64,000 bases of DNA from contig JAOEKQ010000002.1 of assembly GCA_028379895.1 (NCBI GenBank), forward strand, positions 56,620-120,619, written 5' to 3'. This DNA comes from Burkholderiales bacterium. Lineage in GTDB: Bacteria; Pseudomonadota; Gammaproteobacteria; Burkholderiales; Eutrophovitaceae. Positions 44,877-52,711 of the stretch are shown here, piece after piece. The notes below the pieces were generated by a model. That model was not told the origin of the DNA, did no database searches, and was given only the letters and a program-made list of their open reading frames with translations. Every line of letters begins with the position of its first letter. Position 1 is the first letter of the stretch. Both the position numbers and the translations under genes were made by a program.

Positions 44877-46625
44877 ATGTTAATGGATTATACGAACGAC
44901 CTAATTAATCAACTAAAAGCTGCGATTGTTGCGGTGTTAACCGAAATGGGAATTGTTGTCTCTGAAAAGAGGATTACTTTAGAGCGTCCAAAGTCCAGCG
45001 ATCATGGAGACTATGCCTGTAACATCGCGATGCAGCTTGCCCGCGAACTAAAACAAAATCCTAGGGAAATTGCGACGCAGGTGACTACCAAATTAACCGA
45101 TCATAAACTGGTAAAAGTATCGGAGGTAGCTGGTCCGGGATTCGTTAATATTTTTCTAAGTGATGAGTGTCATCAAGAAGTGATTCACAATGTGATTAAG
45201 TTGGGACCTGAGTTTGGCCGTAGTAATGTCGGACAGGGTAACCGCGTCCAAGTCGAGTTTGTTTCGGCGAACCCAACTGGACCTCTTCACGTAGGTCATG
45301 GGCGCGGCGCTGCCTATGGCGCAAGTATCGCTAACCTACTCGATGCGGTGGGCTATGAAGTAACCAGAGAATATTATGTCAATGATGCTGGTCGTCAGAT
45401 GGATATTTTGACAGTGTCAACATGGTTAAGGTATCTGGAGCTATTCGGACATGAGATTCAGTTCCCAGCAAAAGGATATCAGGGCGATTACGTGCGTGTT
45501 ATGGCAGAAGCGTTGAAGGAGCAAGCTGGTGATCGTTATAACCCAGGCCCAGGCCTATTGAATTTTCAAAAAACTCAGTCTGTCGACGAAGAGCAGATAC
45601 TCGACCAACTAATTAGTGCGGCAAAAAAACACTTACGCTCAGGTTATCAGGTAGTCCACAATGAGGTGCTAAGGCAACAGTTAGGGGCGTGTAAAGCGGA
45701 ATTAACCTCATTCGGAGTAGATTTTGATTGCTGGTTTTCGGAGCAGTCCTTGTTTACCGGAGGAAAAATCGAGACCGTAGTAAACGAGCTGAAGCAAAAG
45801 GGTCACTTATACGTTGAGGATGGCGCCACATGGTTTAGGTCGACCGAATTTGGTGACGAGAAAGATCGTGTTGTCCAGAGAGATAACGGGGCTTATACCT
45901 ACTTCGCATCTGACATCGCGTACCACGTAGATAAATTTGAAAGAGGATTTAATACAGTCATAAATATCTGGGGAGCAGACCATCATGGTTATATACCCCG
46001 AGTACGTGCTGCGCTATCCGCACTGGGTGTATACGATGATTCGAGTCAATTACGAATACCGTTAGTGCAGTTTGCGGTGTTATACCGAGACGGTGAGAAA
46101 GTAGCAATGTCAACGCGCTCGGGGGAGTTTGTGACCTTAAAAGAATTGAGGGACGAGGTTGGAAGAGATGCAGCTAGATTCTTTTATATCTATCGGAAAA
46201 GCGATCAACATTTGGACTTTGATTTGAATCTTGCTAAAGCTCAAAACAATGAGAATCCTGTTTATTATATTCAGTATGCTCATGCACGTTGCGCTAGTAT
46301 ACTTGCTAAATCAGAGCAAAATATAACCGATATTTCCGGTATAGATTTAAGCGGCTTAACGCAGCGCAATGAGTTTGATCTGATGCGCGCATTAGCTGAC
46401 TTCCCAATTTTAATTGAGTCTGCATCGCAAGAGCTATCGCCACACATTGTAGCGTTCTACCTTAAAGATCTTGCGGGGTTATTCCATAGCTACTACAACT
46501 CGACTCAAATATTAAGCGGTGATGCGCTTCTAATTCAATCGCGGCTTCTTTTGCTTAGAGCGGTCAAACAAGTGATCAAAAATGGTTTAGGACTAATTGG
46601 GGTCAATGCTCCTGAACGCATGTAG
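44877..46625 (+). CDS. argS: Arginine-tRNA ligase
   Basis: 582 aa. SANPTGPLHVGHGRGAA (HIGH-type), MSTRSG (KMSKS-equivalent), C-terminal DALR anticodon-binding domain ending ...APERM. Confidence 0.95.
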   Translation: MLMDYTNDLINQLKAAIVAVLTEMGIVVSEKRITLERPKSSDHGDYACNIAMQLARELKQNPREIATQVTTKLTDHKLVKVSEVAGPGFVNIFLSDECHQEVIHNVIKLGPEFGRSNVGQGNRVQVEFVSANPTGPLHVGHGRGAAYGASIANLLDAVGYEVTREYYVNDAGRQMDILTVSTWLRYLELFGHEIQFPAKGYQGDYVRVMAEALKEQAGDRYNPGPGLLNFQKTQSVDEEQILDQLISAAKKHLRSGYQVVHNEVLRQQLGACKAELTSFGVDFDCWFSEQSLFTGGKIETVVNELKQKGHLYVEDGATWFRSTEFGDEKDRVVQRDNGAYTYFASDIAYHVDKFERGFNTVINIWGADHHGYIPRVRAALSALGVYDDSSQLRIPLVQFAVLYRDGEKVAMSTRSGEFVTLKELRDEVGRDAARFFYIYRKSDQHLDFDLNLAKAQNNENPVYYIQYAHARCASILAKSEQNITDISGIDLSGLTQRNEFDLMRALADFPILIESASQELSPHIVAFYLKDLAGLFHSYYNSTQILSGDALLIQSRLLLLRAVKQVIKNGLGLIGVNAPERM

Positions 46626-46636
46626 AATTGCAACTT

Positions 46637-47176
46637 ATGGCGAAGCATAGAAATAAAACAGGTAGGGCAGGCGCTCCGAAGCGAAGGATGGGACTAGGGC
46701 TTTTCCTAGGAACTTTCATCGGGCTTAGCGTTGCTATCGCAGTAACTTTTTATGTGAATCAAGCAACACAACGGATCGGTGATAATCATGATGTAGTTGT
46801 TTCAAACGATCAGCTAAGTCAGGACCTGGTGGACGATGAAGTCGATTTTGATTTTTATAAACTGTTACCAGGGGAGGGTAGAGCTCCAGACCTTTCAAGA
46901 GAGACGCGAGAGCGGAATCCTATTCGACGCGGCATACTGTATTACATACAGGTTGCGGCCCTATCAAATGCGACAGAGGCTGACAACTTAAAAGCGAGGC
47001 TGGCTATGAACGGTTTTGAGTCACGCATACAATTTTTTGAGACTCCGGAAGGAAAATTGTTGCATCGTGTTCGTATTGGTCCTTACGAAACAGTAAGTGA
47101 GGCAGAAAAGATTGAGGCGGAAATGGCGGAATTTAACTTTGACGTGACAGTCATAAAGGTTAAAGACGATAATTAA
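46637..47176 (+). CDS. SPOR-domain septal peptidoglycan-binding protein (FtsN/DedD-like)
   Basis: N-terminal basic segment plus one TM (GLGLFLGTFIGLSVAIAVTFYV). C-terminal SPOR domain (YYIQVAALSNATEADNLKARLAMNGFESRIQ...HRVRIGPYETVSEAEKIEAEM). The track starts at TTG 46628; ATG 46637 is preferred. Confidence 0.8.
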   Translation: MAKHRNKTGRAGAPKRRMGLGLFLGTFIGLSVAIAVTFYVNQATQRIGDNHDVVVSNDQLSQDLVDDEVDFDFYKLLPGEGRAPDLSRETRERNPIRRGILYYIQVAALSNATEADNLKARLAMNGFESRIQFFETPEGKLLHRVRIGPYETVSEAEKIEAEMAEFNFDVTVIKVKDDN

Positions 47177-47198
47177 AAACAAACAGACGGATAAGCTT

Positions 47199-47831
47199 AT
47201 GAAAAATTTATTAATTATATTTATGGTGTTTTTGTCCCATTTAAGTTTGCAAGTGTCGGCTCAAGCAATTACTGAGGGTAAAGAATATCAAGTTATCCAA
47301 GCGCAAGGTGATAAGGGAGATGTTGTACAGGTATATGAGTTTTTTAGTTATGCGTGCGGTCACTGTTATGAATTCCAGCCTTTAATTGAGTCTTGGGCAG
47401 AGAGCCCCCCCGAGGGCGTTCAGTTTAACTATATGCCAGCTGTTTTTAATGAGCGAATGATACCGCTAGCGAAGTTATTTTTTACACTTGAGGAAATGCA
47501 GTTATTAAAGTCTGTACATTATCAAGTATACGAAGCAATCCATGAAAAACGAATAAACCTTCTCACTGAGAAGAGAATTCTCAGTTGGGCTGAGGATAAT
47601 AAATTAATTAAATTTAATGAATTTGAGAAGTTATATAAATCTTTTAGTGTGGACTCAAAAGTAAAAAAAGCGGTTCAGTTGGTCAGGTCTTACCGACTTC
47701 CTGGAACGCCATATGTCACGGTTAAAGGTAAGTACATTACCGGACCGTCAATGGTATTGCGGTCAGAGGGTGGCGGAGTAGATGTGGTTCGTTTTATTGC
47801 GACATTGAATACGCTCATTGAAAAAGATTAA
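47199..47831 (+). CDS. dsbA: Periplasmic thiol:disulfide oxidoreductase DsbA (CGHC active site)
   Basis: 210 aa. Signal peptide, EFFSYACGHCYEF active site, cis-Pro loop LPGTPYV. Conserved argS-SPOR-dsbA context. Confidence 0.88.
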   Translation: MKNLLIIFMVFLSHLSLQVSAQAITEGKEYQVIQAQGDKGDVVQVYEFFSYACGHCYEFQPLIESWAESPPEGVQFNYMPAVFNERMIPLAKLFFTLEEMQLLKSVHYQVYEAIHEKRINLLTEKRILSWAEDNKLIKFNEFEKLYKSFSVDSKVKKAVQLVRSYRLPGTPYVTVKGKYITGPSMVLRSEGGGVDVVRFIATLNTLIEKD

Positions 47832-47844
47832 TTAGTACTGGCTG

Positions 47845-48495
47845 ATGCTGCTGGTGAGTATTTACCTTCATTGCTTGCCATTAATATTTTTGTTTGTTAC
47901 CGAGTCTGCAAGTGCTGACCCGATACTAAACAGGGATTACGCTCAATTCGGTTCTCGTATTGGACCTGCTCGCGACCGCATAGAATTGATCGAGTATTTT
48001 TCTTACAGTTGTTTAGGCTGTTATCACTTTGGTCCCGACGTAGACCAGTGGTACCTTGGTGCTCCTGAAACTGTTGATCTGGTTCTTATGCCAATCATCA
48101 ATAGTAAGCAATCTGAGTCGTTGGCACGTTTATATTACGCTCTAGAAGCTTTGCAGAAACTACTGTACCTCCATTATCATGTCTTCAGTGCGATACATAA
48201 TGACAAGCAGAGATTGTGGGAGCTTGATGCGCAACTAAAGTGGGTTAATGAACATGGTATTGATCCTGAAGAGTTTAAAAGACAATTAAATTCTAAATGG
48301 GTTAATACACGCGTAAACGAGGCGTATCAGTTTGCTAAACGTTATCCTGTTTCTGTAACGCCTACGTTAATTATTGACGGTACTTATTGGACCACTGCAT
48401 CAATGGTAGAGTCCGCAAGTCGACTCGCCCCTCTACTTGATTTTTTAATTGATAAAGCGACTTTGAAGCGAGAAATGTTGATGGACGTCAAGTGA
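47845..48495 (+). CDS. Second DsbA-family thiol:disulfide oxidoreductase (CLGC active site)
   Basis: 216 aa. Signal peptide, EYFSYSCLGCYHF active site, cis-Pro loop VSVTPTLII. Same overall architecture as the upstream dsbA but highly diverged. Confidence 0.8.
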   Translation: MLLVSIYLHCLPLIFLFVTESASADPILNRDYAQFGSRIGPARDRIELIEYFSYSCLGCYHFGPDVDQWYLGAPETVDLVLMPIINSKQSESLARLYYALEALQKLLYLHYHVFSAIHNDKQRLWELDAQLKWVNEHGIDPEEFKRQLNSKWVNTRVNEAYQFAKRYPVSVTPTLIIDGTYWTTASMVESASRLAPLLDFLIDKATLKREMLMDVK

Positions 48496-49250
48496 ACAAG
48501 ATTTTCATTACAGGCGCCTCGAGTGGTATAGGTATGGCTTTGGCGAGGGAGTTTTCTCATGAAGACGTTAGACTTGGCCTTATTGCAAGACGGAAAGATT
48601 TATTAGACCGCTTCGCGAACGATCTTGCTGCGGACGTTTACGTCTATCCCGCCGATGTTGGTGATTCTTTAGTCATGAGATGTGCAGCGGAGGCATTTAT
48701 TCAGTCGGTAGGTGTGCCCGACGTGGTGATCGCAAATGCAGGGATTTCGTCAGGTACGCTTACCAGCGAGGTTAAAGATCAGGTTATTTTTGAACAGATC
48801 ATGCGGACTAATGTTCTGGGTATGGTGCATACGTTTCAACCTTTTGTTGAGGCTATGAAAAATCGTGGCTCCGGGACTTTAGTGGGTATTTCAAGCATTG
48901 CAGGGTTTAGGGGTATTCCTGGCTCTGGCGCTTATTCCGCCTCTAAAGCGGCAGCAACTGCGTATTTAGAAAGTCTCCGTGTTGAGTTATCTTCAAGCGG
49001 CGTGAACGTGCTAACCGTATGTCCAGGTTATATTAAAACACCGATGACTGACCTAAATCCGTTTTACATGCCGTTTCTCATGGATGCGGACCGAGCAGCT
49101 CTTTCAATTAGGAAGGCCATCATCAACAGAAAGCATTTTCATGTTTTGCCATGGCAAATGAGCATAGTGGGGTTTTTCTTACGTCTAATGCCAAGATGTA
49201 TATACGATTTGCTTATGAGGTGGGCGCCTCGTAAACCTAGATCTTTATGA
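48492..49250 (+). CDS. Short-chain dehydrogenase/reductase family oxidoreductase
   Basis: 252 aa. TGASSGIGMALA cofactor motif and catalytic YSASKAA. GTG start overlaps the preceding stop by 4 nt. Confidence 0.88.
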   Translation: MNKIFITGASSGIGMALAREFSHEDVRLGLIARRKDLLDRFANDLAADVYVYPADVGDSLVMRCAAEAFIQSVGVPDVVIANAGISSGTLTSEVKDQVIFEQIMRTNVLGMVHTFQPFVEAMKNRGSGTLVGISSIAGFRGIPGSGAYSASKAAATAYLESLRVELSSSGVNVLTVCPGYIKTPMTDLNPFYMPFLMDADRAALSIRKAIINRKHFHVLPWQMSIVGFFLRLMPRCIYDLLMRWAPRKPRSL

Positions 49251-49270
49251 CGCGTATTGGGTCTGATTTT

Positions 49271-49906
49271 TTAGCTCGAATTAAGAACGGCTTCCAATGA
49301 ATTAATAGCTTGCTGCGCACTGGTTACTTTTATGGTGGTCATGCCCATGTTGCGCGCAGGTTTTAAATTACTTCCAATGTCATCAAGAAAAACGGCCGAG
49401 CTTGGCTTGACGCCGATGACATCACATGCAGTCAAGAAGAATTGCTCCTCGGGTTTTCGAGATCCAACTTTTGCGGACTCAATGACATGTGAAAACGTGT
49501 CAAATACGTTTTGCCATTCGTTTAACCGAGTCGTACCTATTAAATTCGCTAGCGTCGGTGTTTTCGGAAAATTATTCGTCAAGCATGCAACCTGATAATT
49601 ATGTTTATATTTTTGTATGGCCGATATCATCGAGGGTCTTAAAGGTGTATATACTAATTTAAGAATTTCTAAACCACTGACGTCGTAGCCCCTATTAATT
49701 GCTTCTCGCCGGAATAATTCGTCAAATTCATCAGGAGATATTTCGCCACGCTCAAGTTTCGCCCAAGCGTTTTTATCGTGTTGGTCACTATTCAGGTTTC
49801 GGATAAAATTTTCGGGTAGATCCCGTTCACGCTCGAATACGTTGAATGCGTCGAAGGGGCTTTCGGTGATGACTCCACCAAAATCGAAAAGGATCGCCTC
49901 GATCAT
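49271..49906 (-). CDS. HAD-superfamily hydrolase (subfamily IA, epoxide-hydrolase-N-terminal-like phosphatase type)
   Basis: 211 aa. Motif I ILFDFGGVI, motif II ACLTNN, motif III/IV K..........FLDDIGSNL. Confidence 0.8.
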   Translation of the reverse strand: MIEAILFDFGGVITESPFDAFNVFERERDLPENFIRNLNSDQHDKNAWAKLERGEISPDEFDELFRREAINRGYDVSGLEILKLVYTPLRPSMISAIQKYKHNYQVACLTNNFPKTPTLANLIGTTRLNEWQNVFDTFSHVIESAKVGSRKPEEQFFLTACDVIGVKPSSAVFLDDIGSNLKPARNMGMTTIKVTSAQQAINSLEAVLNSS

Positions 49907-49951
49907 GCTTGACGCTCCTTAATTAGTAGCACGCGTAATGATTGGTTCTCA

Positions 49952-50257
49952 TACAGTTACTTCCTTGCACGAAATCGAAGAGTAAATGTGTTTTAAGTTC
50001 TTTAATTGATTTTCAGACTTACTCAAATCTCGCCGTTCGTTGGAGGTCTTCCCCAGTTTTTTCAACATACTCTTGTGATCTGACTTGCTGTTGAATCCGA
50101 ATTCATAGTGCCCCAGAGTCTTATCTAAATTTATGGACTTCCGATATTCATATTTCCAACATTTTCTTAGTTCAGCAGGTCCAAAGGAATCTTTGGGAGC
50201 TCTCTCAAAAAGTATTATGGCGCTTTCCCAGTCTTCTTGTCGAAACGTTATATTTAA
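49952..50257 (-). pseudogene. Start-less 102-codon open frame, possible 3' remnant of a decayed gene
   Basis: My minus-strand translation between in-frame stops (50258-50260 and 49949-51) reads LNITFRQEDWESAIILFERAPKDSFGPAELRKCWKYEYRKSINLDKTLGHYEFGFNSKSDHKSMLKKLGKTSNERRDLSKSENQLKNLKHIYSSISCKEVTV. The only ATG/GTG/TTG is 36 codons from the end, so it is absent from the track. No family recognised. Confidence 0.3.
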
Positions 50258-50361
50258 TCAAAAGCTTGAATATGATGCAATGAAGTCTTTTGATGGAGGC
50301 CGATTATGTAACTTAAGTATAAGCGGACTTACAATCAGATGTTAGTGTCTTCAGCGGCTTT

Positions 50362-50868
50362 CTACTGCGGACACATTTCTGTTAGATAGTGCGTTACGCT
50401 TCTGAGCCAGGGCACGTCGAGACCTTTGGCACTTACAAATTCATCCTGTAATTGGTAAGCCTGTACTTCCCGTTTGATCCAACTTTTACAGTCTGGATTC
50501 CTCCCAAAGTTATGAAATTGAAGAATGTGTACGAGTTCATGATAAAGAATGCCTTCCCCTTCAACCGTGCTCACGTCTAATCCGTTGACTAAAAAAACTG
50601 TTGCGTCTTTGGTCGCGGCCTCTGCGTTACAATTTCTGTTTTTACAAACCATGCCGTTAAGGAATTGTTGCGTAACGAAAACAACATTCGGGAAGTTTGG
50701 GTCTCCCACTTTTGGCACGCTCATTCCGGTCTTTTGGTAGATCCTTAAGAGAAGCTCTTTTAAGTGTTCGTTTTCGAGCCTATCCGCTGCTACGACCGAT
50801 GAGGGCAAAATAACAGAATTTGAAAGCCAAACAAACGCAAGTGTGGCAAAGAAGTGAAGACTTTTCAT
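50362..50868 (-). CDS. Secreted 4-Cys HExxH-motif protein, putative small Zn-metallopeptidase (family not recognised)
   Basis: 168 aa. Signal peptide MKSLHFFATLAFVWLSNSVILPSSVVAA/D. HELVH at residues 110-114 (nt 50527-50541), Glu134 exactly 20 residues after the second His. Cys75, 80, 127 and 166. Confidence 0.6.
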   Translation of the reverse strand: MKSLHFFATLAFVWLSNSVILPSSVVAADRLENEHLKELLLRIYQKTGMSVPKVGDPNFPNVVFVTQQFLNGMVCKNRNCNAEAATKDATVFLVNGLDVSTVEGEGILYHELVHILQFHNFGRNPDCKSWIKREVQAYQLQDEFVSAKGLDVPWLRSVTHYLTEMCPQ

Positions 50869-51000
50869 TTTTACCTAATTTAATGGTGGTAATATTCTTA
50901 CGATACATTAATTAATGAAAAGTTCTTAAATACTATATGTTCTGTTGCTTTGTGATGATTCCTTTTAATTACACATATGTGTGTAAAATAATTGAGAGTG

Positions 51001-51772
51001 ATGGTGGGGTTTAAGTCTGCGGTAGCGCGTCTCGTTCGTTCTCGTTTTGGCGCTAGTAGGGACCTTGGAAATATGGCGTTCGGAAGAAATTCTGAAATTG
51101 ATAACGACATCAAAGAAAAGTACGGCTTCGATGGTGAGTTACTCAGATTATTTTCGTCCAACCAAGGGTCGCCAGTACACAAGTGGCACCATTACATTCC
51201 ATTGTATGACCAGTATTTTTCTCGTTTTCGTAATTCTCCCGTACGATTTTTAGAAATTGGCGTGTTTAGGGGGGGTAGCTTACAAATGTGGCGTAAGTAT
51301 TTCGGAGGTAGTGCCGTTATTTTTGGTGTCGATAGCGACCCAGCTTGTGGTGAGCTGAATGGCCAATCCGGACAGGTAAGGATTGGATCCCAAGATGACC
51401 CCAATTTTTTGGAGCATGTGATTGACGAAATGGGGGGGGGTGGATGTCGTCTTGGATGATGGGAGCCATCAGGCCAAACATCAAATTGAATCTTTTAAGT
51501 TTTTATTCCCAAGGATGAGTAAAGGCGGAACCTATATGGTTGAAGACCTTCATACTTCATTCTGGCGCGGCTACGGTGGTGGGTATGGTCGTAGCTCAAA
51601 CTTTTTTGGATTTTCGACGGACATGATAAACGATATGCACCATTGGTGGCACTCTAATCGATTGAAGTATCCATCTTTGAAAAATATGTGCTCTGGTATC
51701 CACATACATGATTCGATCGCAGTGTTTGAGCGAGGATTGGCTTTCGAGCCCACTCACTCATTAGTCCCGTGA
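51001..51772 (+). pseudogene. Class I SAM-dependent methyltransferase (glycan/natural-product O-methyltransferase-like), frame-disrupted at a G9 tract: phase-variable OFF state, sequencing error or pseudogene
   Basis: Track ORFs 50992..51459 and 51422..51772 are the N and C halves of one protein. N half: HKWHHYIPLYDQYFSRFRNSPVRFLEIGVFRGGSLQMWRKYFGGSAVIFGVDSDP. C half: VDVVLDDGSHQAKHQIESFKFLFPRMSKGGTYMVEDLHTSFWRGYGGGYG. Deleting one G of the run 51432-51440 fuses them into a 256-aa ORF. Confidence 0.75.
51432..51440 (+). repeat. Homopolymeric G9 tract inside the methyltransferase coding sequence
   Basis: gaaatGGGGGGGGGtggatgtc, counted directly. The longest other G or C runs I noticed in the window are 6-7 nt. 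Confidence 0.95.
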
Positions 51773-51798
51773 CATTCTATTAAACAACGTATTCGATT

Positions 51799-51996
51799 AT
51801 GAGAATAATATTATTAACGATGGGCGGTATTATAATCGGGTGGTTATTAGTTCAGATTTTGAAAGGACGAAATGAACCGCTTAGCCGAACTGCATCGATT
51901 GGTGTCACTGTCATTCGGCTCATTAGTTATATGATTATTGGCGCTGTGGTGGTTTTTTTAGTGTTTCTTGCATGGCAAGAGCTAACTAGGCATTGA
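51799..51996 (+). CDS. Hypothetical small membrane protein (two predicted TM helices)
   Basis: 65 aa: MRIILLTMGGIIIGWLLVQIL...IRLISYMIIGAVVVFLVFLAW. It starts 27 nt after the methyltransferase. Its stop and the stop of the convergent gene form the palindrome TGAATTCA (51994-52001). No family recognised; could be spurious. Confidence 0.35.
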   Translation: MRIILLTMGGIIIGWLLVQILKGRNEPLSRTASIGVTVIRLISYMIIGAVVVFLVFLAWQELTRH

Positions 51997-51998
51997 AT

Positions 51999-52376
51999 TC
52001 ACTGTGCACAGATATACTTCACCACATGAAAACCTAATGAATTAGATGAGGCCTGATCCCATTGATCAGAGCGTTTTGGCATGCCCGATTCTCCTTCCCC
52101 CATTGATTCGGCGAAGGTGTTGACCGAGAGCATTTTGTATCTATTTTCCTTGCAGTCAATTTGAAACAGTACTTTTGCTGAACGGTACCCCTCCGGTTGC
52201 TGGTCGATGAAATCGTACAGCGCCCAAGCATATACTCCCTCAGGTTGAGCATTCAGGGATTTGACATCTGTGTATGTATAGAAAATCTTACCTTCGTCTA
52301 TTTTAGTCCACTCAGCGCAGGCTAATAAAGGGAATGCTAAGAGTAAACGGAGCGCCGTTGAGAACATTTTTTTCAT
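51999..52376 (-). CDS. Secreted protein resembling the surface-adhesin E (Haemophilus protein E-like) family
   Basis: 125 aa. Signal peptide MKKMFSTALRLLLAFPLLACA/E. The pattern W.KI....IFYTYTD.KS ... RSAKVLFQIDC...Y ... W......S......KYIC, with a Cys pair, matches my recollection of that family. Not verified. Confidence 0.5.
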   Translation of the reverse strand: MKKMFSTALRLLLAFPLLACAEWTKIDEGKIFYTYTDVKSLNAQPEGVYAWALYDFIDQQPEGYRSAKVLFQIDCKENRYKMLSVNTFAESMGEGESGMPKRSDQWDQASSNSLGFHVVKYICAQ

Positions 52377-52405
52377 ATTGATACTCGGTCGGGTGATGTT
52401 CTTTT

Positions 52406-52711
52406 TTAAGAAATAATTTCTTTTGAAATATTATCTATAACAATTGGATTGTTATAGAAGTTGATTTCTGGCTTTGAATATCTTTGGGTCAGCCAATCTA
52501 TTCGTTCGTCATCAAACCATTTTTGCGCATTCTCTAATGTATCGAAATGGTAAACGCCGCCGGCAATATTATTTTTTATATCGGAGAGATAGTTTTTACG
52601 AGTTAGTCCCTGGGTATTTTTATACAGCTCTGAGGATTCCATAAATTTTTCTTTTAATTTTGTTTCGGTTATGTCCAGAGATATCTTAAAAGTGACGATT
52701 ACAATAATCAT
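52406..52711 (-). CDS. YdhR-like putative monooxygenase (Dabb/ABM-type small protein)
   Basis: 101 aa, the same length as E. coli YdhR and a similar pattern (…AGGVYHFDTLENAQKWFDD… versus [20 protein letters not shown] in YdhR). Confidence 0.55.
   Translation of the reverse strand: MIIVIVTFKISLDITETKLKEKFMESSELYKNTQGLTRKNYLSDIKNNIAGGVYHFDTLENAQKWFDDERIDWLTQRYSKPEINFYNNPIVIDNISKEIIS

Noticed and set aside
50133-50345. 70-aa plus-strand ORF in the HAD / HExxH spacer
   Set aside because: There is no Shine-Dalgarno sequence and the composition is odd. It is antisense to the more protein-like start-less frame. Probably non-coding.
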